Source: Stramenopiles sp. TOSAG23-6
Taxonomy: Eukaryota
DNA: 58,387 nucleotides
Assembly: GCA_900128565.1 (NCBI GenBank)
Contig: LT635918.1
Coordinates: forward strand, 1-58,387
Reading direction: 5' to 3'
A model generated the notes under the pieces. The model ran no database searches. It worked only from the letters and a program-made list of their open reading frames with translations, and was not told where the DNA came from. The translations under genes were made by a program, and so were the position numbers. Numbering within the stretch: position 1 is the first letter of the stretch; each line of letters opens with the position of its first letter. Positions 50,008 to 58,387 of the stretch are shown piece after piece.

Positions 50008-53000
50008 ATGTCTGGGGGAGATGTTGCAAAAAATTCAGAGCTTCTCGCACTACAAAGACTTGATGAGAAGTCTGTGCGTCTACAACAATCTGGTCGATAC
50101 ATGGAAGCCTTGGAATGTATGGAACGAGGTCTAGTGCTTCGACAACATTTTTTTGGAACTGACAGTGATGAAGTTTGGACCGCATGTAAAACCGTTGGCG
50201 AATTGTGTAATTTGTTATCAATGACATATTTGCAACAAGGAGAGTTTCGAATGGCAGAAAGTTTATTACGTAAGGCTGAAATTCTTCACCAAAACGATGA
50301 CGCAGGTCTAGCAGTAACATTTAATAATCTCGCTTGTTTCTATCGACGACGTGGAAAGTTGCGTGCCGCATTACTATATTTAAAGAAGACTCTTCGCATA
50401 GAAGCTCAACTCGAAGATGCAGATAATCCTGGTGATACACATTTGAATATGTGTGCTGTTCTGTCTCAGCTTGGTCGGCATTCTCAAGCTCTGGAACATG
50501 CTCAAGCTGCACTTATACTCCTGCAGGAAGAATTGTTCACACCTTCTCCTGATGGTACACAGAGAGAGCTCGGTTCTGATCGTATTGCTGTATTGGCTAT
50601 TGCTTACCACAATATTGGAGTAGAACAAGAATTTTTAAAGAAAATGTATATGGCCGTTCGATCGTATGAGAAAGGTGGTGAGCTTGCAGAATCTCATTTA
50701 GGAGGAGATCATGGTATCACGACGACTCTTCGTAATTCACTTATGGCTGCGCGAAGGACATTGAATCGAAAGTCACCGAAAGGTAGATCTAGTAAACGCT
50801 CGGGTAAGTTACCTGCCTTATCGTCGCGTAGAACTTCATCGCCTGGAGGTAAGGGTAGAAGAGGTCGAAAAGGATTCATTGGAAACAGATCTTCAACAAA
50901 GTCAACAAAGAGTCCAAAAGGCGGAAGAAGTCGAAGATCAAATGGAAGAAATGAACAGCAAATAAGTAGTGTTGAATATGAAGGAAGAAGAAATAGTACA
51001 TGGACTGACAATGATGATTGGGCACAAATATCGCGTCAAAGTGCTGGTAGTAGCTATGGTGGTGGAAGTTCATATGGTCAACAATTGCCACCATTAGAAG
51101 AACCAAGTTCATCACCTGCGCAATCTCCAATGTTTAATACGGGGGGAAATATATCTGCAGCTAGTGCACCCCCATTGACAAGGCCTTTAACAAAACGTCT
51201 GAAAGGGGGAGATGATGCACAAATTAATATGGTATCTAATCGTAATGGAATTGATAAAGTTCAACATGCGAAATATAATAGTCTTGAAGATGAGATCACG
51301 GCGATATGCCGAGAAAAAAGCCAATTACTCTCTATGTGGCAGAGTATTGACACAAAAATGGAAGGCCGTGTCCCTCTGTCAAAATTCGATGCATGGGCTG
51401 AAAAGCGATTTCCTTTATTAGATTACAAACCAGCATTGGTGAAAGCGTACAGATTCGTTTGTGCAGGTGCAAATAATGTTGCTAACAGAGGGGAAGATTC
51501 AGTTGAAAGTCATGAATTTAGAGATTTAATCCGCATGCTATTTTATTTTAATAGAACTAGTATGATAAGCGATGTAAATATGATTGACGGAACAGAATAT
51601 CTTAGTAAAGAGCAATTGACACGCGCGCTGTTGCATATGGGATTTTCTTCTATAGAATCACTTGATGTTAATGATATATTTGAAACGTTAACAAAGAAAC
51701 TGTCTGCATCTAAGAGCGAATCTTCAGGAAATTATGTAAGTCGTCATGACTTTTGTGAATGGTGCTCTTTAGAGAGACTTCCGGTCAATACGCCTGGAAA
51801 TATACTTGAAGTTACGAAAGAAAAGCGGAACGATGGTTATACGAAAGAAAATGTGGGCGATGATCATGCGAAAGAAAAGGGGAATGATGAAGTATACGCG
51901 AAAACAAATAATGATAAAAGTATCAATGATAGCGCTTCTTTTATTACTGTGGATAACAGCGATAAAGATGAATTAAGCACTGAAGACAAAATAAATCAGA
52001 AAAAGGTTGCAATAAAAACAGATGAAACAGAAGACAATCACACATCGAAAAAAACTGAAGGTAAATCCACTACAGAAGAATTTAAAGCAGAAACAGTCAG
52101 TGTCAGGGGAAATAGAAAAAGAAGTAGTCGAGCATCAACAAGTCATTCACATTCCAAAAGTAGGCCATCAACAAGCCATTCAGTTTCCAGTGTATTTGGG
52201 AAAATAAAAGATACAGCAGTTAATATCAAAGACACGATTAAAGATACAACCGTTCATATCGTTCATGAATTAGAGCATGAATTAGAGCATGATTTACAAA
52301 CAATGGAAAATTTTGTTCTTCATAAAAGCGACATGCACGCAGATGCAGATAAAAATCTAGCTGTTACAGAAGTAGCAGATAAAGCTAAAACAAAGGAAGA
52401 AACAGTTCCATTAGCAAGTGGTGAAGCAGATGCAGATGTAAAAGAGGCAAAAGCGAAGGCCGAGGCAAAAGCTAAAGCTGAAGCCAATGCAAAGGCCGAA
52501 GCAGCTGAAAAAGTAAAGGCTGAGGCAGATGCAAAAGAAAAGGCTGAGGCAGAGGAAAAAGAAAAGGCTGAAGCAGAGGAAAAAGCAAAGGCTGAGGCAA
52601 AAGCAAAGGCAGAGGCAAAAGCAAAGGCTGAAGCAGAGGAAAAAGAAAAGGCTGAAGCAGAGGCAAAAGCAAAGGCTGAAGCAGAGGAAAAAGCAAAGGC
52701 TGAAGCAGAGGAAAAAGCCAAGGCTGAAGCAGAGGCAAAAGCAAAGGCTGAAGTAGAGGCAAAAGCAAAGGCTGAAGCAGAGGCAAAAGCAAAGGCTGAC
52801 GCGAATGCAAAGGCTGAAGCAGAGGCAAAGGCTGAAGCAGAGGCAAAAGCAAAGGCTGCGACAGATGCAAAATCAGAATCTTCTCAAAGGACAAATACAC
52901 CATCTGACGTTGTAGTAGTTGTAAAAGCAGGTCCATTTTTTGCAAAGTTTCAACCTTCTGCAACAAACAAAAGTGTTATAGTAAATTCATTTAGACCAGA

Positions 53001-53409
53001 AAAAGCTGGGGGTTCCCCATTAGATACGGGAGGTGTAAAGATTGGAATGCTACTTGTTCAAATTGATGCAATCAATGTTGAGAATATGAAAAGTGAAGAA
53101 GTATCAAAACTGTTAGCCGAATCAAGACCAAGGGAACGAATGGTAACGTTTACATTAGTCGATGAAGTATTGATATCAGACGATGTATCTTCAGGCTCTA
53201 AATCAGCACCTGGACCACCTAAAGCACAAGTAGTAACACCTGGACCACCGAAACCAAAAGTAGTAACACCTGGACCACCTAAACCAAAAGTAGTAACACC
53301 TGGACCACCGAAACCAAAAGTAGTAACACCTGGACCACCTAAACCAAAAGTAGTAACACCTGGACCACCGAAACCAAAAGTAGTAACACCTGGACCGCCT
53401 TCAAAGTAA
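50008..53409 (+). CDS. TPR-repeat protein with EF-hand-like (calflagin-like) region, AEAK coiled coil, PDZ-like domain and Pro-rich repeats
   Basis: AVTFNNLACFYRRRGKLRAAL, THLNMCAVLSQLGRH, AIAYHNIGVEQE (TPRs); WQSIDTKMEGRVPL..VESHEFRDLI; GGVKIGMLLVQIDAINV (PDZ-like). Confidence 0.8.
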   Translation: MSGGDVAKNSELLALQRLDEKSVRLQQSGRYMEALECMERGLVLRQHFFGTDSDEVWTACKTVGELCNLLSMTYLQQGEFRMAESLLRKAEILHQNDDAGLAVTFNNLACFYRRRGKLRAALLYLKKTLRIEAQLEDADNPGDTHLNMCAVLSQLGRHSQALEHAQAALILLQEELFTPSPDGTQRELGSDRIAVLAIAYHNIGVEQEFLKKMYMAVRSYEKGGELAESHLGGDHGITTTLRNSLMAARRTLNRKSPKGRSSKRSGKLPALSSRRTSSPGGKGRRGRKGFIGNRSSTKSTKSPKGGRSRRSNGRNEQQISSVEYEGRRNSTWTDNDDWAQISRQSAGSSYGGGSSYGQQLPPLEEPSSSPAQSPMFNTGGNISAASAPPLTRPLTKRLKGGDDAQINMVSNRNGIDKVQHAKYNSLEDEITAICREKSQLLSMWQSIDTKMEGRVPLSKFDAWAEKRFPLLDYKPALVKAYRFVCAGANNVANRGEDSVESHEFRDLIRMLFYFNRTSMISDVNMIDGTEYLSKEQLTRALLHMGFSSIESLDVNDIFETLTKKLSASKSESSGNYVSRHDFCEWCSLERLPVNTPGNILEVTKEKRNDGYTKENVGDDHAKEKGNDEVYAKTNNDKSINDSASFITVDNSDKDELSTEDKINQKKVAIKTDETEDNHTSKKTEGKSTTEEFKAETVSVRGNRKRSSRASTSHSHSKSRPSTSHSVSSVFGKIKDTAVNIKDTIKDTTVHIVHELEHELEHDLQTMENFVLHKSDMHADADKNLAVTEVADKAKTKEETVPLASGEADADVKEAKAKAEAKAKAEANAKAEAAEKVKAEADAKEKAEAEEKEKAEAEEKAKAEAKAKAEAKAKAEAEEKEKAEAEAKAKAEAEEKAKAEAEEKAKAEAEAKAKAEVEAKAKAEAEAKAKADANAKAEAEAKAEAEAKAKAATDAKSESSQRTNTPSDVVVVVKAGPFFAKFQPSATNKSVIVNSFRPEKAGGSPLDTGGVKIGMLLVQIDAINVENMKSEEVSKLLAESRPRERMVTFTLVDEVLISDDVSSGSKSAPGPPKAQVVTPGPPKPKVVTPGPPKPKVVTPGPPKPKVVTPGPPKPKVVTPGPPKPKVVTPGPPSK
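52446..52860 (+). repeat. Coding low-complexity repeat (AEAKAK/AEEKEK)
   Basis: Imperfect 18/24-bp units such as GCTGAAGCAGAGGCAAAAGCAAAG. Confidence 0.9.
53207..53400 (+). repeat. Coding tandem repeat, 30 bp x about 6.5 (PGPPKPKVVT)
   Basis: CACCTGGACCACC(G/T)AAACCAAAAGTAGTAA units; G/T alternation gives a 60-bp higher-order period. Confidence 0.95.
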
Positions 53410-53661
53410 AAAATAAAAAGTTACATGATGTAAATTCTAATTCTAATTTTAAAGACTTAAAAAAAAAATCTTCAATTGAATCCTCTATTTAAACTTTCAA
53501 ATACAAATTAGTTGACTATTTTTCATAAATTCTTACACTGTCATAACAGAAATTTGACATCAAAATTGACCGACATCCGTATCGCCAAGACGGCTACTTC
53601 TCTCTATTGTATTGTAAAATAAAAGCATAAAAGAAAGTGTTTTGTGGTTTCGCCGATAAGA

Positions 53662-54408
53662 ATGATGTCAGCATTATATTGTACTCGACGTACTTTTTCA
53701 TCAGCACCTGTTATGATGGGTAAACTTAGTCCTGAAGACTGTTGGGATATACTTCGCGCTTCCAAAGTAATATGCTTCGATGTGGACAGCACAGTGAGCT
53801 CTGAGGAGGGTATTGACGAACTAGCGGATTTTCTAGGCAAAGGGCCAGCTGTAACAGAATTAACTAATCAAGCAATGGGGGGTGGGATGCTTTTTCATGA
53901 CGCACTTCAAGCGCGCCTTGACATTATGCATCCTTCTCGACAAAATATATCGGACATGTTAGAGACTCAGCCACCTCAGTTGAGTCCTGGAATCGCCGAC
54001 TTATTCAAGGCCCTTCGAAACCATAATAAGGAAATTTATCTTGTGTCTGGTGGATTTCGCCCACTCATTAATCCAATGGCTGAAAAACTTGATGTCGCAG
54101 TACCTACAAATATATATGCAAATGAATTTTTATTTAACAACGATGGAACATATAGAGATTTCGACAGAAGTGAACCCACCTCTAGAGCAGGTGGGAAAGC
54201 AAAAGCTGTGGCTAGTATAAAAGCTAAACATGGAGGTTGTAAAGTTGTCATGATTGGAGATGGAATGACAGATGTAGAAGCTAAATACGAAGAAGGAGGT
54301 GCAGATTTAGTCATTGGATTTGGTGGGATTGTCACGAGAGAAGCTGTGAAAGAGGCAGCTGACATTTTCGTGACTGATTTTAAAGAAATTAGTGAACAAT
54401 TGTCATAG
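53662..54408 (+). CDS. PSPH: Phosphoserine phosphatase (HAD family)
   Basis: CFDVDST, EEGIDELA, LVSGGF, GGKAK, MIGDGMTD, IGFGG; first ATG at 53662. Confidence 0.93.
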   Translation: MMSALYCTRRTFSSAPVMMGKLSPEDCWDILRASKVICFDVDSTVSSEEGIDELADFLGKGPAVTELTNQAMGGGMLFHDALQARLDIMHPSRQNISDMLETQPPQLSPGIADLFKALRNHNKEIYLVSGGFRPLINPMAEKLDVAVPTNIYANEFLFNNDGTYRDFDRSEPTSRAGGKAKAVASIKAKHGGCKVVMIGDGMTDVEAKYEEGGADLVIGFGGIVTREAVKEAADIFVTDFKEISEQLS

Positions 54409-54433
54409 TAATAAACTATTTTTTCTTTTGCGT

Positions 54434-56084
54434 TTATTTAGTTTCAAAGTTATTTAACATTCTACTTCTTTCCCAAATACGAACAGCAATGAGATCACAG
54501 AGATTTGTTTCCTTTATATTATCATCTGTCATACATTTATCCTGCGGTAGTGATGGCTTCAGTTTTCGTGTTTTTCGTGTTTTTCGTTTTCGTTTGATAT
54601 TAGTATTTCCTTTTGAATTCAATTGTTTTACATCTTTTGAAAATTTCGGTTTTATGGAAGGAAGTAAGCATATTCCAGATGTTTTTGAGTTTTTTGTGAT
54701 TCTCATTGGATCTGATGACTTATTGAAATGCATCACATCATGACTGGAAAAGCCGAGCATTTTATTCAGTCGAATAATCCATCTTCGTGCCAAATTAATA
54801 TCTGATGAAGTAATTACACCGTCTTCATCTGAATCAATCATATTAAATGCATCTCGTANTTCTGNTTTTTTTNAANTTGNTTNTTCCTATTGCTGATAGA
54901 ACAACACCAAATTTATTCAAGTTTAATACTTGCTTAATGTTGTGTCTTGATGGTTTTGATGCGGTAAAAGTATTTTCTTTTGTTTTAGGATAAATATCTT
55001 GTACAGCTTTAAATATATCTAATTCTGTCACATTTCGCAATAATAATTCGGAATGTAGAATTCTTAAAGCATAGGTAGCTTTAGTATCTGTCATACTTGT
55101 CTTTACTAGAGTGTAAAAAGCAATTGATCTAAAAGCACTTGTTGCAGCTTTTAATGCTGCAAACTCTGCACTTGCAGCAGTATAAGCAGCAAATGAAGAG
55201 CATACTTTAACGGCTGCATCTTGGGCAATATTAGATGACTTCTTAGCTGAAAGTGCTGAAAACTTCGCAATATTTGCCGCAATTGCGACTTGTCGTTTTG
55301 TTGCAAAACCTTGTGAAAGGCGAACTAACCAGACAAAACGAACACATTTACACACAATAATCTGAATATCCCGGCTTGCTTCCAACGAAGCAGCGGCTGC
55401 ATTCGAATTCATAATGAGTGAAAATCTATTTATTATACATTGAACCACCTTAGCGTCATTTGCGGCATTTTTTCCTGCTTGAAGTGCCTGATGAGCTGCA
55501 GCAGCAATCATTTGATTACTCAGTATGTTTTGATATAATGTTAATGAAGTAGTTATTGCGATATCACTAGCTCGTCTACTGCTTCGCGAAGCCTTAAGTG
55601 CAACGCCGGCAGATATTGCACTCGCAGTTTTTGCCCGAGATACTTGTGCCATTCGAGCCTTTCGGCGTCGTTCTCGCCGAGATGGACAATTTCTATCTAT
55701 AATTATATTCGTTGCACTATTTTCACCTCTGTTAGTAGTGCACACCACGTTTTGTTTTACTTGGGCTGTGCTTTTACCAACATTTGCAGCAGCAATTAAT
55801 GCAGCTTCGAATAAACTATGAGCAGCACATCTTGCTTTAATCTCGTTTAAGTGTTGAAGCTCAGTTGCAACTTTTTGCATTTGTCTTTGATGCTCATATC
55901 TTAGATGCGTTGCAAAAACATCAGACGCAAGTTTTACACAGTCATTTAATTTCGATGCAAAAACATCCGCAGATTTAGCAGCTGAAACAGCACAAGCTGC
56001 AGCAGTAGACGTTGATTTTGACAAGGAACGACAATTTCGTCGTCTAACTGCTTGAAGTCTTTTGCGAACTTCAGGAAAACTCAT
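54434..56084 (-). CDS. Ala-rich helical protein with C-terminal EF-hand; frame broken at N-rich patch 54859-54883
   Basis: ORFs 54843-56084 and 54434-54841 flank ambiguous bases; downstream frame reads RDAFNMIDSDEDGVITSSD. Confidence 0.55.
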
Positions 56085-56426
56085 ATTAGATTAAAGGGTA
56101 TGTATGCATGGATACTGCGTTTGATTGCCGAGTATTATTATACATCACAAAATAGCATATCTGCATTGACCTAACCATTATTATGATATAATTGGACTAC
56201 TTGGAGTGGGTACTCTCCAGGGGTAGGCCGTAGGGTATCAGAGATGTCAAATGTGACCTTTGCGCTGCGTGGCAGTTACGGTGCTTTTTTGGGTATCATT
56301 TGGCTACTATATATACGAAGTTTGCACTAAGAAAGGTTTTACATAGGTTGCTTTTTAGATGTCATCAAGGAATATGATTTATACAATTAGATTCCTAAAC
56401 CTGAAAACCAAAATTAATCCTATATA

Positions 56427-57236
56427 ATGTCAGCTGAAGCCACTTCAAAGATATTTTCGGGTCTCGAAGGCAGCGATGGACTTGTGAGTGTATCAGAGTT
56501 TATTATTAAAGTTTTGCGAGATGAAGATACTTCATTAAAGCTAGGGATTTCCCCTCCTGTACCACCGCAAAGGAATGCATGTGAAAAGCTAATGAAGATT
56601 TTTGAACTTCTAGACAAAACGATGTCTGATAGGATTGACTTTTCTGATTTTCAGCACTTTTTAGCGATACTTTTACATATTAACGTTGAAATCCTTGACG
56701 ATACACATGACAAAGTAGATAGGAAAAGCATTTCTAAACCGAACAACTTACCACCTATACTCCCTGAAAATACTCCATCAAAGAAATCTGTTGTATCACC
56801 TACATCATCGATCGACGTTGAGAAACCAAATTCTGAAGCAAAATCTACTAGTTTTGAAGAGCAAAGCATCCATGATTTATCACTGGATAGCTCAAGAAAT
56901 ACTACACAAACTCCAATACCTATCCTATTTGACACAAATCAAAGTAGCCTGTATCACTCCCTATTGAGAAATGTAAAGCCGAAGATTAGAACTTGTAAAA
57001 ACCAATGGAATTCTCGACAACGGCGTCATTTATATGATGAACAGAGAAAAAAATTTCTGAAATCTAGTATTACAAAAAAAAAAAAACAGAACAGAAAACA
57101 GAAAAATAATAAAAGTCCTTCTAAAAAAATAGCTCGTGATCGTAGTGTAAGTTCTCAATCAAATATTGTAAGGCCATCGAAATCGAAGAAGGCGAAAAAG
57201 AAGATAAAAAAGAAACGAATAAATAAAAGAATTTGA
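56427..57236 (+). CDS. EF-hand-like protein with basic low-complexity tail
   Basis: IFSGLEGSDGLVSVSEF and IFELLDKTMSDRIDFSDF. Confidence 0.6.
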   Translation: MSAEATSKIFSGLEGSDGLVSVSEFIIKVLRDEDTSLKLGISPPVPPQRNACEKLMKIFELLDKTMSDRIDFSDFQHFLAILLHINVEILDDTHDKVDRKSISKPNNLPPILPENTPSKKSVVSPTSSIDVEKPNSEAKSTSFEEQSIHDLSLDSSRNTTQTPIPILFDTNQSSLYHSLLRNVKPKIRTCKNQWNSRQRRHLYDEQRKKFLKSSITKKKKQNRKQKNNKSPSKKIARDRSVSSQSNIVRPSKSKKAKKKIKKKRINKRI

Positions 57237-57290
57237 TTTACTTTTAATTTGAACTATACATACAATGACATGTCAATGTCATCAAAATAA

Positions 57291-58332
57291 TCATACTGCA
57301 TCAATGTGAAATATAACTTTCCCCAAAAATGAAGATCCAGAAAATATACAAGTGAAAAATCCCACAACAAAGAGAATAAATGAAAACAATAAAACCTTAC
57401 TTTTTTTGCGTCGTCCTAATTCTTCTATTAACTCCACAGTACATGAATGGTTACGAAATCTCTGTGGTTCAATCATTGAAGATTGTTTAGGTTCAGTATG
57501 AGCCCATTGCCAGACAATCTTTGACGGTATAAAGAATATAACAATCATACCAATACTCATTGCTGTAAGTTCAAATAAAATGTCAAGGTTTGGAATGATA
57601 AATGCAAATAATAAAGATGTTGTCCAAAATAGTATTGCGGAAACATAAAAGAATGCTGTCGGGATTTCTTCTAAAATTGCTGCTTTAGTTTCATCCATTT
57701 CTGCTTCCTCAGCTTCAAGTAGTGCAGCAGTTTGCATAGCAACAGCTGTGTTTGGACTCAGTGGACTCGTCATTGCTTCTACGTCATTATTACTACTTTG
57801 TAAAAGATTGTCATTAACAGGATATACTCCATACATTGGATCATGATCCATTCCATTTGCTGCAACCATGTAGTGTAAAAAGATATTTTAAATTCGAAAT
57901 TCGTTAGGTACAAACTTTGGTACGAAAAAAAAAACTTCATGATGGAAACGTACAAAGGCATTGTTTCAGTTTTCTTATAGAAAAAAGGCTTGAGAAGAGA
58001 AAATAAAGCAGAACGCGCCGGGAAATGATTGATCGGAAATTGTGAAATCATAACTACAACTAGAGCTATCCGAGCTACATCAAGTGGCCAAATACTGTAA
58101 AAAAATATTTGAAAAAAAATCGTTAGGTACAAAATTTCGTATGATAAAACAAAATAAATTCGAAATCGAAAAAAAATAAAACAAACAACCTCCAATATTT
58201 CCATAGCCAGTTGGAAAAGAGTTTTTTAAAATATTCGTTTTTGACGTGGAACCGAATTCGATGTAACCCAAAGATGCTACTAAAGCATATAACATCACTT
58301 GAAATATGATAGAATAAATAATTACTCTGTCC
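57291..58332 (-). CDS. Amino acid transporter (Aa_trans/SLC38-like), 5' part outside the window; exons 58332-58187, 58089-57954, 57867-57291
   Basis: YALVASLGYIEFGSTSKTNILKN, QFPINHFPARSAL, IPNLDILFEL..IVIFFIP; fragments join in frame after removing family introns. Confidence 0.8.
57868..57953 (-). other. Non-canonical intron, family member (GTACGT...CACTACAT)
   Basis: 86 nt; GTACCAAAGTTTGTACCTAAC; joins ETMP-L-VAAN in frame. Confidence 0.8.
58090..58186 (-). other. Family intron (GTTTGT...CAGTATTT); an in-frame GT-AG alternative (58095-58182) also exists
   Basis: 97 nt; TACGAAATTTTGTACCTAAC; joins NIGG-WPLD. Confidence 0.7.
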
Positions 58333-58387
58333 ATGTATTTTGGAAAAATATTTCAAAAAAAATCGTTAGGTACAAAATTTCGTACGA
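58333..58387 (-). other. 3' part of a family intron (...TTCCAAAATACAT), truncated by the window end
   Basis: GTACGAAATTTTGTACCTAAC; the last 24 or more nt match the DNMT5 intron 3' end. Confidence 0.8.

Noticed and set aside
52320-52966. Antisense and alternate-frame ORFs (SASAFAF.., LLQPLL.., QRLKQR..)
   Set aside because: Shadows of the AEAK coding repeat
36283-58387. Treating the interrupted genes as pseudogenes hit by a MITE
   Set aside because: All inserts are sense-oriented, removal at homologous ends always restores the frame, and flanking exons show no other decay; not formally excluded without RNA

Overview
Gene-dense, AT-rich eukaryotic nuclear DNA, most likely from a flagellated stramenopile (Sig/Ocm-type mastigoneme EGF protein, CFAP57, CFAP97-domain protein, DNMT5). 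It holds about 19 host genes and one intact, young Ty1/copia LTR retrotransposon (26446-36073, minus strand). The element has apparently identical 329-bp LTRs, an ATGAT target-site duplication, a half-tRNA-type primer site and gag-pol joined by an in-frame TGA-CTA. The main finding is a family of at least 9 related 86-166 nt inserts in five unrelated genes. They must be spliced out to restore the reading frame and conserved motifs (RING LPC-x-H-x-FH; DNMT5 catalytic AGTSC), yet their shared boundaries do not end in AG. They share a GT(A/T)(T/C)(G/A)T-like 5' end, a TACGAAATTTCGTA palindrome abutting CCTAAC, and a 3' end AAATATTTTTTCACAATAC-(A/T)T. They look like introner-type (transposon-derived) introns with GT..AT/TT or AT..AC boundaries, living alongside ordinary GT-AG introns. 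Exact splice registers are inferred from sequence only and need RNA data.
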